Source: Armatimonadota bacterium
GTDB lineage: Bacteria > Sysuimicrobiota > Sysuimicrobiia > Sysuimicrobiales > Humicultoraceae
Assembly: GCA_037446215.1 (NCBI GenBank)
Contig: JBBIJB010000077.1
Location: forward strand, 1 to 10,304
Direction: 5' to 3'
Length of the DNA: 10,304 nt
In this document: positions 1 to 7,283 of the stretch, one piece after another
Numbering within the stretch: the stretch's first letter is position 1
Layout: every line of letters starts with the position of its first letter
Made by a program: the position numbers and the translations under genes
The notes under the pieces: generated by a model
What the model was told of the DNA's origin: nothing
The model's input: the letters and a program-made list of their open reading frames with translations, nothing else
The model's database searches: none

Positions 1-692
1 GCCGTGAGCAGGCGCCGCTCGAGCTCCTTGCTCACCTCGTTGAGGTCCTTCACGGTGTCCACCGAGCGCCAGTAGTCGCGCGAGAGGTAGGCCCCCAGCT
101 TTCGCTGCTCCGCCAGTTGCGGGAAGGTCGTGCGCTCGTGATCGCCCTCGGGCGGGAACAGCGCAAGCGCTTCCTGCGAGAGGAGGTAGATGCCGGCGTT
201 GATCCAGTAGGGCAGGGTCGGCTTCTCGTGGAAGGCTGTGACGTGGTCCTCGGCGTCCACCTCTACCAGGCCGTAGGTGCTTAGGTACGGGGTCAGCACC
301 ACCGTGGCCAGGCTTCGGCTCTCCCGATGCTGCGCTATCACCGGTGCCAGCTGCAGGTTGGTGATCACGTCACCGTTGGTGGCGAGCACTGGCGCGTCTC
401 CTCCGAGTTGCTCGGAGGCCCGCCGGATCGCACCGCCACGCCCTAGAGGCTGCTCCTCGACCGAGTACGCTATCCTGATCCCCCACTTGTCGCCGCCGCC
501 GAAGTAGCTGCGGATGACGTCGTGGCGGTACCCGCAGGCGATAACCACGTCGGTGACCCCCTGCGTCTGCAGCCAGTGCATCTGGTAGGCGAGCAGCGGA
601 ACGCCCAGGATCTCCACCATGGGCTTGGGCCGATCCTCGGTGTACGGCCGTAGGCGCTCGCCGCGCCCCCCCGCGAGGATTATCGCTTGCAC
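1..692 (-). CDS. Sugar-phosphate (NDP-sugar) nucleotidyltransferase, NTP_transferase / mannose-1-P guanylyltransferase-like; 3' end runs off the window
   Basis: Not in the ORF track (no stop in window). Manual translation from GTG at 692: MQAIILAGGRGERLRPYTEDRPKPMVEILGVPLLAYQMHWL...EEQPLGRGGAI...YWRSVDTVKDL. Contains the ILAGG-x-G-x-RL-x-P-x-T...PKP signature. SD GGAGG at 703-699. Confidence 0.92.
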   Translation of the reverse strand, partial: MQAIILAGGRGERLRPYTEDRPKPMVEILGVPLLAYQMHWLQTQGVTDVVIACGYRHDVIRSYFGGGDKWGIRIAYSVEEQPLGRGGAIRRASEQLGGDAPVLATNGDVITNLQLAPVIAQHRESRSLATVVLTPYLSTYGLVEVDAEDHVTAFHEKPTLPYWINAGIYLLSQEALALFPPEGDHERTTFPQLAEQRKLGAYLSRDYWRSVDTVKDLNEVSKELERRLLT

Positions 693-740
693 ATCGCTCC
701 TCCGTTCGGTCGAGAGCCGGTGCCCGTCTGCCACTTAGTT

Positions 741-766
741 GTTCGCCCGCGGTGTGGCCACCTCCT
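741..766 (-). promoter_or_regulatory. Putative alternative-sigma (sigmaH-like) promoter for the nucleotidyltransferase
   Basis: Minus strand AGGA (766-763), 18 nt, GAAC (744-741), about 50 nt upstream of GTG 692. Resembles the B. subtilis sigmaH consensus AGGA-N17/18-GAAT. Confidence 0.45.
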
Positions 767-804
767 CGCGGCCGGGGCCTGCGAACCGCTCCGTGCGAGC
801 AGGT

Positions 805-833
805 TTGACACCCTCCTGCGGCATAGGTAGAAT
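805..833 (+). promoter_or_regulatory. sigma70/sigmaA promoter for the T-box-hisS-aspS transcript
   Basis: TTGACA (805-810), 17 nt, TAGAAT (828-833); near-consensus and just upstream of T-box stem I. Confidence 0.9.
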
Positions 834-854
834 GAGCGAAACCTAGACCGCAAA

Positions 855-1107
855 CGGCGGCGAAGGGAAGAGTAGGGTCTGGCCCCTCCAGAGAGGGAGC
901 GCCTGGCGAGCTGCGAGCGCTCCCAGGCAGGCAGGGCCCGAACGACGCCCCTGAGCCGACGGTTCCCGCTAGGACGCGGAGGCCGTCCGGGTTCGCCCGT
1001 GATCGCGAAGAGGGTCCGGCAAGCCGCAAAAGGCGGCCGGGAACCAGGGTGGCACCGCGGGATGCGCACGCGCTCTCGTCCCTGAGGGACGGGGGCGCTT
1101 TCTGTTT
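855..1107 (+). ncRNA. T-box riboswitch (transcription antitermination class), Asp specifier
   Basis: Stem I closed by CGGC 855-858/GCCG 955-958 with GA motif, AGTA 871-874, AGAGA 890-894, GCTG 910-913, GAA-C-GAC-G specifier loop (GAC 944-946). Stem IIA/B-like CCGTGATC 997-1004. T-box sequence AACCAGGGTGGCACCGCG 1042-1059. Antiterminator pairs 1046-1049 with 1080-1083 and 1057-1062 with 1074-1079. Confidence 0.96.
1070..1107 (+). terminator. T-box attenuator intrinsic terminator
   Basis: 13-bp hairpin GCGCTCTCGTCCC (1070-1082)/GGGACGGGGGCGC (1086-1098) with two G-U pairs, then TTTCTGTTT (1099-1107). Mutually exclusive with the antiterminator. Confidence 0.92.
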
Positions 1108-1125
1108 GGAGAAGGGAGCCGGAAG

Positions 1126-2430
1126 ATGGCGACGCAGCAGGCACCGCGCGGCATGCGCGACATTCTACCCGGGGAGGTCGAGCGGTGGCACGCGCTGGAG
1201 GCCGCGATCCACGACCTGGCCGCCCGTTTCGGCTTCCGGGAGATCCGAACCCCGGTGGTGGAGCATACAGAGGTCTTCCTTCGTACGGTGGGAGAAGCCA
1301 CCGACATGGTGGAGAAGGAGATGTACACCTTCTCCGACCGCGGGGGACGCTCGTTGAGCCTCCGCCCGGAGGGCACGGCCGGGGTGATGCGTGCCTATCT
1401 TGAGCACGGCCTGCGCCAGCAGCCGCAGCCGGTCAAGCTGTACTACATCGAGACGATGTTCAGGTACGACAGGCCGCAGAAGGGGCGCTACCGCCAGCAT
1501 ACCCAGTTCGGGGCCGAGATCATCGGCAGCGCCGCTCCTGAGGCTGACGCGGAGGTCATAGCCCTTCCGGTGCGGCTCATGCAGTCGCTCGGCCTGGGTT
1601 CGGTGAGCGTGCACCTGAACAGCGTCGGCGACTCGGCCTGCCGCCCGCGCTACCTGGACGCCCTTCGCGACTACCTGCGCCCGCGGGCACCCGAGCTCTG
1701 CGATGACTGCAGGCGGCGGCTGGAGCACAACCCTCTAAGGGTGCTGGACTGCAAGGGCGAGCGGTGCCGGAGGATCGTTGCGAAGGCGCCCGCCAGCACC
1801 GACTACCTGTGTTCCGCCTGCGCCGACCACCTCGCCGGGGTCAGGGAGCAGTTCGACCTCCTGGGCGTGCCATACTCGATCGACCCGCACATCGTCAGGG
1901 GACTCGACTACTACACCCGGACGGCGGTCGAGGTCCACTCGGGCCGCCTCGGAGCCCAGAGCGCGATGTTTGGCGGTGGCAGGTATGACGGCCTGGCCGA
2001 GCAGCTCGGAGGCCCGCCCACACCCGGCGTCGGCTTCGGGTTCGGAATGGACCGGCTGTTGCTGGCCGTGGAAGACGAAGGAGGCCTGCCACCGGCGGAA
2101 CGGACGCCGCAGGCGATGGTAGTCGCAATCGGGGAGGCCGCGGGACAGGAGGCCACCCGCCTGACCGACTCGCTGCGCCGGGCAGGCGTGAGGACGGAGC
2201 GCGACCTGCTGGCGCGGGACGCTCGGGCCCAGCTCCGCCACGCGCACAGGATTGGGGCCGGCTACGCCCTGATCCTGGGCGAGAGCGAGATGGCCGCGGG
2301 GACGGTAACGGTTCGCGACATGGCAACCGGGGAGCAACAGGCGGTGCCGGCGGACGGCGTCGCCGCGCTCGTGCTCGGCGGGTCGCCGGGCCGCGGATCG
2401 GACGGGGTGAGGGGAGGAGGCCTGGAATGA
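1126..2430 (+). CDS. hisS: Histidine--tRNA ligase
   Basis: 434 aa; PRGMRD, KEMYTF, LRPEGTA, motif 2 [31 protein letters not shown], motif 3 GFGFGMDR, C-terminal anticodon-binding domain. SD GGGAG 1114-1118. Confidence 0.98.
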   Translation: MATQQAPRGMRDILPGEVERWHALEAAIHDLAARFGFREIRTPVVEHTEVFLRTVGEATDMVEKEMYTFSDRGGRSLSLRPEGTAGVMRAYLEHGLRQQPQPVKLYYIETMFRYDRPQKGRYRQHTQFGAEIIGSAAPEADAEVIALPVRLMQSLGLGSVSVHLNSVGDSACRPRYLDALRDYLRPRAPELCDDCRRRLEHNPLRVLDCKGERCRRIVAKAPASTDYLCSACADHLAGVREQFDLLGVPYSIDPHIVRGLDYYTRTAVEVHSGRLGAQSAMFGGGRYDGLAEQLGGPPTPGVGFGFGMDRLLLAVEDEGGLPPAERTPQAMVVAIGEAAGQEATRLTDSLRRAGVRTERDLLARDARAQLRHAHRIGAGYALILGESEMAAGTVTVRDMATGEQQAVPADGVAALVLGGSPGRGSDGVRGGGLE

Positions 2431-4205
2431 CGGCGCTACGCACTCACCGATGCGGGGAGCTCCGCCTGGAGCACTCCGGGACGACGGTCAGGCTTGCCGG
2501 GTGGGTCCATCGCCGGCGCGACCTTGGCGGCGTCGTCTTCCTGGACATGCGCGATCGCGATGGGATCGTTCAGGTGGTAGTGAACCCGAGCAGCGAGAGC
2601 GCCAGGGAGGCGGCGGCGGTCGTAGAGGGCGTGAGAGCCGAGTACGTGGTGCAGGTGGAGGGCGTCGTCCAACCTCGGCCCCAGGGAACAGCCAACCTCC
2701 GCCTCCCCACCGGCGAGGTCGAGGTGCGCGCCCGCTCCCTCGCCATCCTATCGCCCTCGCTGACACCTCCCTTCTCGCCGGCGGAGGATGCCGAGGTGGA
2801 TGAGGCGCTGCGCCTGCGATACCGGTACCTGGATCTGAGACGGCCCCGGATGTACCGCAACCTCGAGTTGCGGCACAGGGCCTCGATGGCGGTCAGGGAG
2901 TCGCTGGACCGCCAGGGCTTCGTGGAGGTGGAGACCCCGATCCTCATCCGCAGCACGCCGGAGGGGGCCAGGGACTTCCTGGTTCCCAGCCGGCTCCAGC
3001 CGGGGCGGTTCTATGCGCTTCCGCAGTCGCCTCAGCTGTTCAAGCAGCTGCTGATGATCTCGGGGGTAGACCGCTACTTCCAGATAGCCAGGTGCTTCCG
3101 TGATGAGGATCTGAGGGCCGACAGGCAGCCTGAGTTCACCCAGATCGACGTGGAGATGAGCTTCGCGAGCCAGGAGGAGATCCTCGACACCGCCGAGGTG
3201 ATGGTCGCGGACGTGGTCGAGAAGGTGCTGGGGACCGCCTTGGCCCGGCCGTTCCCCAGGCTCTCCTACGAGGACGCGATGCTGAGGTTCGGTTCGGACA
3301 AACCTGACCTTCGGGTTGGAACGGAGATAGCCGACATCTCCGATCTGGCCCCGGAGATGGGCGCAGGGCATCTGCGCCGGGCGGTCGAGGAGGGCGGGGT
3401 CGTGCGTGCACTTCGGGTCCCGGGCGGTGCTCGGCTGAGCCGGCGCGAGCTGGATGAGCTCAACGCCGTGTCCCAGGGCGGCGGTGCGGGGGGATTGGCC
3501 ACGCTGGCGGTGGAGGGAGGCACGCCCAAGGGCAGCCTGGCCAAGCACCTGCTTCCAGGCGCACTCGCCGCCATCGCGGGACGTACCGGCCTGGCCGAGG
3601 GCGACCTGCTGCTCGTCGTGGCGGGTCCGGCCTCAATCGCGGCTGGGGCGATGGGGCGCGTGAGGCTCGCGGCAGCGGATCGGACCGGCGGGCGCGAGCC
3701 CAACGGGTCGCTGCGATTCCTCTGGGTGACGGGATTCCCCTTGCTGGAGCATGACCCGGAGTCGGGCAGGTACGCGCCGGTGCACCACCCCTTCACGGCG
3801 CCGGTGGACGAGGACCGGCCGATGCTGGAGACCGCGCCGGAGCACGTCAGGGCGAAGGCGCACGACCTGGTCCTCAACGGCGTGGAGCTGGGCGGGGGAA
3901 GCATGAGGATCCACGAGCGACCGCTCCAGGAGCGGGTCTTCGAGCTGCTGGGCATCGGCCTTGACGAGGCACGCGCCAGGTTCGGCTTCCTGCTGGATGC
4001 CCTCCAGTACGGCGCCCCTCCGCACGGCGGCATCGCGCTGGGGCTGGACCGGTTGGTGATGCTGCTCGCCGGGGAGTCCTCGATTCGCGACGTGATCGCC
4101 TTCCCGAAGAGCGCGAGCGCGACCGATCTATTGACAGGAGCGCCCAGCAACGTCGACCCTGCGCTGCTGAGAGAGGTGCACATCGCCCTGGCCGAGCGTC
4201 CGTGA
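2427..4205 (+). CDS. aspS: Aspartate--tRNA ligase (bacterial type with GAD insertion)
   Basis: 592 aa; [89 protein letters not shown] overlap with the hisS stop; SD AGGAGG 2415-2420. Confidence 0.98.
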   Translation: MTALRTHRCGELRLEHSGTTVRLAGWVHRRRDLGGVVFLDMRDRDGIVQVVVNPSSESAREAAAVVEGVRAEYVVQVEGVVQPRPQGTANLRLPTGEVEVRARSLAILSPSLTPPFSPAEDAEVDEALRLRYRYLDLRRPRMYRNLELRHRASMAVRESLDRQGFVEVETPILIRSTPEGARDFLVPSRLQPGRFYALPQSPQLFKQLLMISGVDRYFQIARCFRDEDLRADRQPEFTQIDVEMSFASQEEILDTAEVMVADVVEKVLGTALARPFPRLSYEDAMLRFGSDKPDLRVGTEIADISDLAPEMGAGHLRRAVEEGGVVRALRVPGGARLSRRELDELNAVSQGGGAGGLATLAVEGGTPKGSLAKHLLPGALAAIAGRTGLAEGDLLLVVAGPASIAAGAMGRVRLAAADRTGGREPNGSLRFLWVTGFPLLEHDPESGRYAPVHHPFTAPVDEDRPMLETAPEHVRAKAHDLVLNGVELGGGSMRIHERPLQERVFELLGIGLDEARARFGFLLDALQYGAPPHGGIALGLDRLVMLLAGESSIRDVIAFPKSASATDLLTGAPSNVDPALLREVHIALAERP

Positions 4206-4228
4206 CCCCAGGCGGGTGGGCAGGCGCG

Positions 4229-4258
4229 TTGCCACGGGGCCGGGCACGCTGATATCAT
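4229..4258 (+). promoter_or_regulatory. sigma70/sigmaA promoter for 6S RNA
   Basis: TTGCCA (4229-4234), 18 nt, TATCAT (4253-4258), with extended -10 TG at 4250-4251. Predicted start near 4265, just before the 6S closing stem. Confidence 0.75.
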
Positions 4259-4271
4259 GGGGTTGGTACGG

Positions 4272-4451
4272 GCTCCCTGCCGCGCGCGAGGCGGGTCAGT
4301 AGTTCCGATCCAACACATGATACCCGGGAGCCCGTCTCCGGCCGGCGCGGCATAGCGCGGAGAGATCCGAGGCCAGTCGCAGAAGCCGGGAGGGCACCCA
4401 CCTGCGAGAGCAGGGTTCGGGAACTTCGTCCCGTACGGCGCGGCGGGGAGC
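4272..4451 (+). ncRNA. ssrS: 6S RNA (B. subtilis 6S-1/BsrA-like)
   Basis: 180-nt rod: 14-bp closing stem GCTCCCTGCCGCGC 4272-4285/GCGCGGCGGGGAGC 4438-4451; AGTTCC 4301-4306/GGAACT 4420-4425; A/C-rich bubble 4311-4322; GGGAGCCC 4326-4333 pairing with GGGCACCC 4392-4399; followed by ACCTGCGAGAGCAGGGTTC, closely matching Firmicute 6S-1 motifs. Position directly after aspS matches bsrA in B. subtilis. Confidence 0.93.
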
Positions 4452-4458
4452 GAGTTGA

Positions 4459-4497
4459 GCAGGCGGTGCCTCCACCGGGGGCTCCGCCTGTCTATTT
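4459..4497 (+). terminator. Intrinsic terminator after 6S RNA, lying between convergent 6S and radical SAM genes
   Basis: Hairpin CAGGCGGTGCCTCC (4460-4473), ACC loop, GGGGGCTCCGCCTG (4477-4490) with one mismatch, followed by TCTATTT. Confidence 0.75.
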
Positions 4498-4531
4498 GGA
4501 TTCCGCACCCGGGGAGTGACGAAGACCTCCC

Positions 4532-5752
4532 TTAGTAGATGAACTCCGCGATGTCGTACCGGGCCACACGCACCCGGCCGCCCGTCGATCTCCTGGCGGC
4601 CTCGATCAGAAGCTCCACCTGGCACTCCGTCTCCTCGGCGCCCAGGCGCCCGATGCCGGCCTGAATAGCCCTCTCGGCGTGGAGGCCGGAGGGGGGGGGC
4701 TGGAAGGCCGACACGTAGACTAAGTCTCCGGGACCCAGCGACATCGAGGCCAGCGCCTCGGCCGTGGCTTCAACGTGCCGCGCCTGAAAGGCGGCTCCAC
4801 CAATGCCTGCCATGACGATTACCCCCACCCGCAGACCCGCCCCCGCGGCCACCCTCGCGAGCGAGACGGCTTCGGCAGCCGACTGCGGCTTGTTGAGGAG
4901 CCTGATCAGCGCGTCGTCGCCGCTCTCCAGACCGAGGTAGACGGCACGCAGCCCGCGTTCCCTCATCGCGGCGAACTCCTCGGCGGTGCGGCGGACGCCC
5001 GTGAAGACGTCCACGAACGCAGCCAGGTCTCCCGCGTGACCGGGCAGCGCGGCGGCAACCATCTCCAGCCGGGCCAGCAACTCACCGACTGGGAGGAGCA
5101 GCGCGTTGGCGTCGCCAAGGAAGATCCCCCTGCGCAGGGAGACACCCTCTCCGAAGAACGCCTTCACCGACTCCACGTGGGCTGCGAACTCGTCAAGGCC
5201 CTTCACCCGGAAGGGCCGCTCCCTGTAGAAGGAGCAGAAGGTGCACCGGTTCCAGTGACACCCCTCGGTGACCTGGAGCACCAGCGACCTGTATCTATCC
5301 GGAGGAAGGATCGGAACGGAGGTGTAGGCTGCGGCGAACCTGCGCGCGTCCTCTGCGGAGGCCCGCGCATCGAATCGCGAAGCCTCCAAGAGGCTTTCTA
5401 GGGGGAAGGCGGGAGCTGACGGTGCCCCGGAGAAGAGGCCTATCAGCTCGGCAGTCCCAGAGCGTAGGGCGCGCAGTGCCTCGGCGGCCGCTGCCGCGGC
5501 GCCCTCGACGGTCGCGCGGCAGTCCCCCTCGCCCAAGAACCTCCGGTGCGGGCGCGGCCGCCTGCCGGTTCGATCGGTCCACTTCTCCATCACGCGGCCG
5601 TCCAGCGCCCTCCTGGACAGCCGGTCGTCCTTCCAGACAGAGACCAGCCGACCCGTCAGGTCATAGACGCACACCGTCTCCGTCTCTCCGAAGACGGTCA
5701 CCACAAGCGCGTCGCGCTTGGCGGTGATGCGGGGCTCGCGCCGAGAGGCCAC
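4532..5752 (-). CDS. Radical SAM protein of unknown function (CX4CX2C) with an N-terminal extension
   Basis: LVLQVTEG-CHWNRCTFC-SFY (cluster motif at 5260-5234), IFLGDANAL, VYLGLESG, LLNK, VIVMAGIGG. Stop TAA at 4534-4532. The ORF-track start at 5953 overlaps rarA and is implausible; GTG at 5752 (406 aa) is the likeliest start but has no SD. Confidence 0.88.
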   Translation of the reverse strand: MASRREPRITAKRDALVVTVFGETETVCVYDLTGRLVSVWKDDRLSRRALDGRVMEKWTDRTGRRPRPHRRFLGEGDCRATVEGAAAAAAEALRALRSGTAELIGLFSGAPSAPAFPLESLLEASRFDARASAEDARRFAAAYTSVPILPPDRYRSLVLQVTEGCHWNRCTFCSFYRERPFRVKGLDEFAAHVESVKAFFGEGVSLRRGIFLGDANALLLPVGELLARLEMVAAALPGHAGDLAAFVDVFTGVRRTAEEFAAMRERGLRAVYLGLESGDDALIRLLNKPQSAAEAVSLARVAAGAGLRVGVIVMAGIGGAAFQARHVEATAEALASMSLGPGDLVYVSAFQPPPSGLHAERAIQAGIGRLGAEETECQVELLIEAARRSTGGRVRVARYDIAEFIY

Positions 5753-5760
5753 GGGATTCA

Positions 5761-5786
5761 GTTCGCAGACCGCGGCAGGGCTCCCT
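5761..5786 (-). promoter_or_regulatory. Putative sigmaH-like promoter giving a leaderless radical SAM transcript
   Basis: Minus strand AGGG (5786-5783), 18 nt, GAAC (5764-5761), then 8 nt to GTG 5752. Confidence 0.4.
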
Positions 5787-5832
5787 CCAGGGCCCGCACG
5801 GGGTCCGGCCTGTCCACCAGCCGGGGCATCCG

Positions 5833-5841
5833 TGCTAGGAT
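5833..5841 (+). promoter_or_regulatory. Putative extended -10 promoter for rarA
   Basis: TG-C-TAGGAT (5833-5841) just upstream of GGAGG 5846-5850 and GTG 5861; no good -35. Confidence 0.5.
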
Positions 5842-5860
5842 TAACGGAGGGGGGGATTCG

Positions 5861-7213
5861 GTGTCTCTCTTCGACTCCAAGGCCGACGGATCGATGCCGC
5901 TCGCTGCCAGGATGCGGCCGCGAACCCTGGACGAGTTCGTCGGCCAGGAGCACCTGGTCGCCCCGGGCCGCGCGCTCCGCGCCGCCATAGAGGGAGACGG
6001 CGTTCGCAGCCTGATACTCTGTGGCCCTCCGGGAACCGGGAAGACCACGCTGGCGATGCTGATCGCCCGGCAGACGCGCTCACACGTGGAGCAGGTCAAC
6101 GCCGTCACGGCCGGGGTGGCCGACCTGAGGCGGGTGATCACCGCGGCCCGCGACAGGAGAAGGTTCCATGGACAGAGGACCCTGCTGATAGTTGACGAGA
6201 TCCACCGTTTCAACAGGGCGCAACAGGACGTGCTCCTTCCCCACGTCGAGGACGGAACCCTGATACTGATAGGCGCGACGACCGGTAACCCGTTCTACGA
6301 CGTGAACGCGACGCTGCTGTCGAGATCGCAGGTGGCCCGGTTGGAGCCTCTGGGAGAGCCAGAGATCGGCACCATAGTCGAGCGTGCCCTGGCCGATCCG
6401 GCCGGCCTTCGCGACCTGCACGTGGAGATCGAGCCCGAGGCGATGAGCCGCCTGGCGTCGATTAGCAACGGGGACGCGCGGATCGCCCTAAACGCGCTGG
6501 AGACGGCCGTCGCGGCCGCACAGCCGGTCTCGGGCCGTCGCCTGGTCACACGGATGCTGGTGGAGGAAGCGGGCCGGCTCCGCACTCTGTCCTACGACCG
6601 GGCCGGCGACGCGCACTACGACGCGGTTTCCGCCTTCATCAAGAGCCTCCGCGGTTCGGACCCCGACGCTGCCGTCTACTGGCTCGCACGGATGTTGGCC
6701 GGCGGCGAGGACCCCCGATTCGTGGCCCGGCGGATGGTCGTACACGCCGCGGAGGACGTGGGGCTTGCCGACCCCATGGCGCTGGTCGTGGCGGTCGCCG
6801 CTGCTCACGCGGTGGAGATCGTGGGGCTGCCCGAAGCGCGGATACCGATGGCGGAGGCGGCCATCTACATAGCCGCCGCGCCGAAGAGCAACGCGGTGGT
6901 CATGGCGATCGGGGAGGCGGCCCGGGACGTCGAGGAGCGCCGTTTGGCGCCGGTGCCGGTCCACCTTCGAGATAGCAGCCACCCGGGCGCGGCCTCCCGC
7001 ATGGGGCACGGCGCCGGCTACCTCTACCCGCACGACCATCCCGGCGGGTTCATCACGCAGCGATACCTGCCAGAGGGCCTCGAGGACCGGCACTACTACC
7101 ACCCCACGGAGCACGGCGGCGAGGCGTCCGTCCGGGCCCGTCTCCGGGAGCTGTGGGGAGACCGCGGCCAAGACGCTCAGGACCAAGATCGCCCGGACGA
7201 GGAGTCGGGGTAG
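5861..7213 (+). CDS. rarA: Replication-associated recombination protein A (RarA/MgsA AAA+ ATPase)
   Basis: 450 aa from GTG 5861 (MSLFD...PLAARMRPRTLDEFVGQEHL). Walker A GPPGTGKTT, Walker B IVDEIHRFN, GATTGNP, GDARIALN, HYDAVSAFIKSLRGSDPDAA, GHGAGYLYPHD. The ORF-track start at 5546 overlaps the radical SAM gene and is too far upstream. Confidence 0.96.
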   Translation: MSLFDSKADGSMPLAARMRPRTLDEFVGQEHLVAPGRALRAAIEGDGVRSLILCGPPGTGKTTLAMLIARQTRSHVEQVNAVTAGVADLRRVITAARDRRRFHGQRTLLIVDEIHRFNRAQQDVLLPHVEDGTLILIGATTGNPFYDVNATLLSRSQVARLEPLGEPEIGTIVERALADPAGLRDLHVEIEPEAMSRLASISNGDARIALNALETAVAAAQPVSGRRLVTRMLVEEAGRLRTLSYDRAGDAHYDAVSAFIKSLRGSDPDAAVYWLARMLAGGEDPRFVARRMVVHAAEDVGLADPMALVVAVAAAHAVEIVGLPEARIPMAEAAIYIAAAPKSNAVVMAIGEAARDVEERRLAPVPVHLRDSSHPGAASRMGHGAGYLYPHDHPGGFITQRYLPEGLEDRHYYHPTEHGGEASVRARLRELWGDRGQDAQDQDRPDEESG

Positions 7214-7215
7214 TT

Positions 7216-7245
7216 TTGACACCCCGCAGCGCCAGTTGCTACGAT
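7216..7245 (+). promoter_or_regulatory. sigma70/sigmaA promoter for mnmA
   Basis: TTGACA (7216-7221), 18 nt, TACGAT (7240-7245), with extended TG at 7237-7238; begins immediately after the rarA stop. Confidence 0.75.
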
Positions 7246-7283
7246 CGAACCGGCTCCTGCCAGTTGAGCCGAAGGAGTTGGGC

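Noticed and set aside
277..1376. ORF-track entries 277..507, 370..1029, 680..1144, 969..1376 and 1049..1357
   Set aside because: Off-frame or antisense shadows over the nucleotidyltransferase, T-box and hisS start; Arg/Pro/Ala-rich with no motifs, as expected in high-GC DNA.
1165..4318. Long antisense or alternative-frame ORFs within hisS and aspS (e.g. 3266..4318, 2748..3548, 1735..2337)
   Set aside because: Explained by stop-codon scarcity and codon bias of the real genes; no recognisable domains.
4296..4625. 109-aa minus-strand ORF across the aspS-radical SAM intergenic region
   Set aside because: The region is explained by 6S RNA and its terminator; the translation is not protein-like.
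5750..5860. LexA/SOS box upstream of rarA
   Set aside because: Only a single GTTC half-site (5761-5764); no GAAC-N4-GTTC or GTTC-N7-GTTC partner.
5546..5953. Apparent 400-nt head-to-head overlap of rarA (from 5546) and the radical SAM gene (from 5953)
   Set aside because: Artefact of longest-ORF calling; family-typical or likelier starts are 5861 and about 5752, leaving a normal divergent gap.
7211..7235. IscR/CymR operator before mnmA (TAGTTTTGAC)
   Set aside because: No symmetric second half; the sequence is accounted for by the rarA stop and the -35 box.
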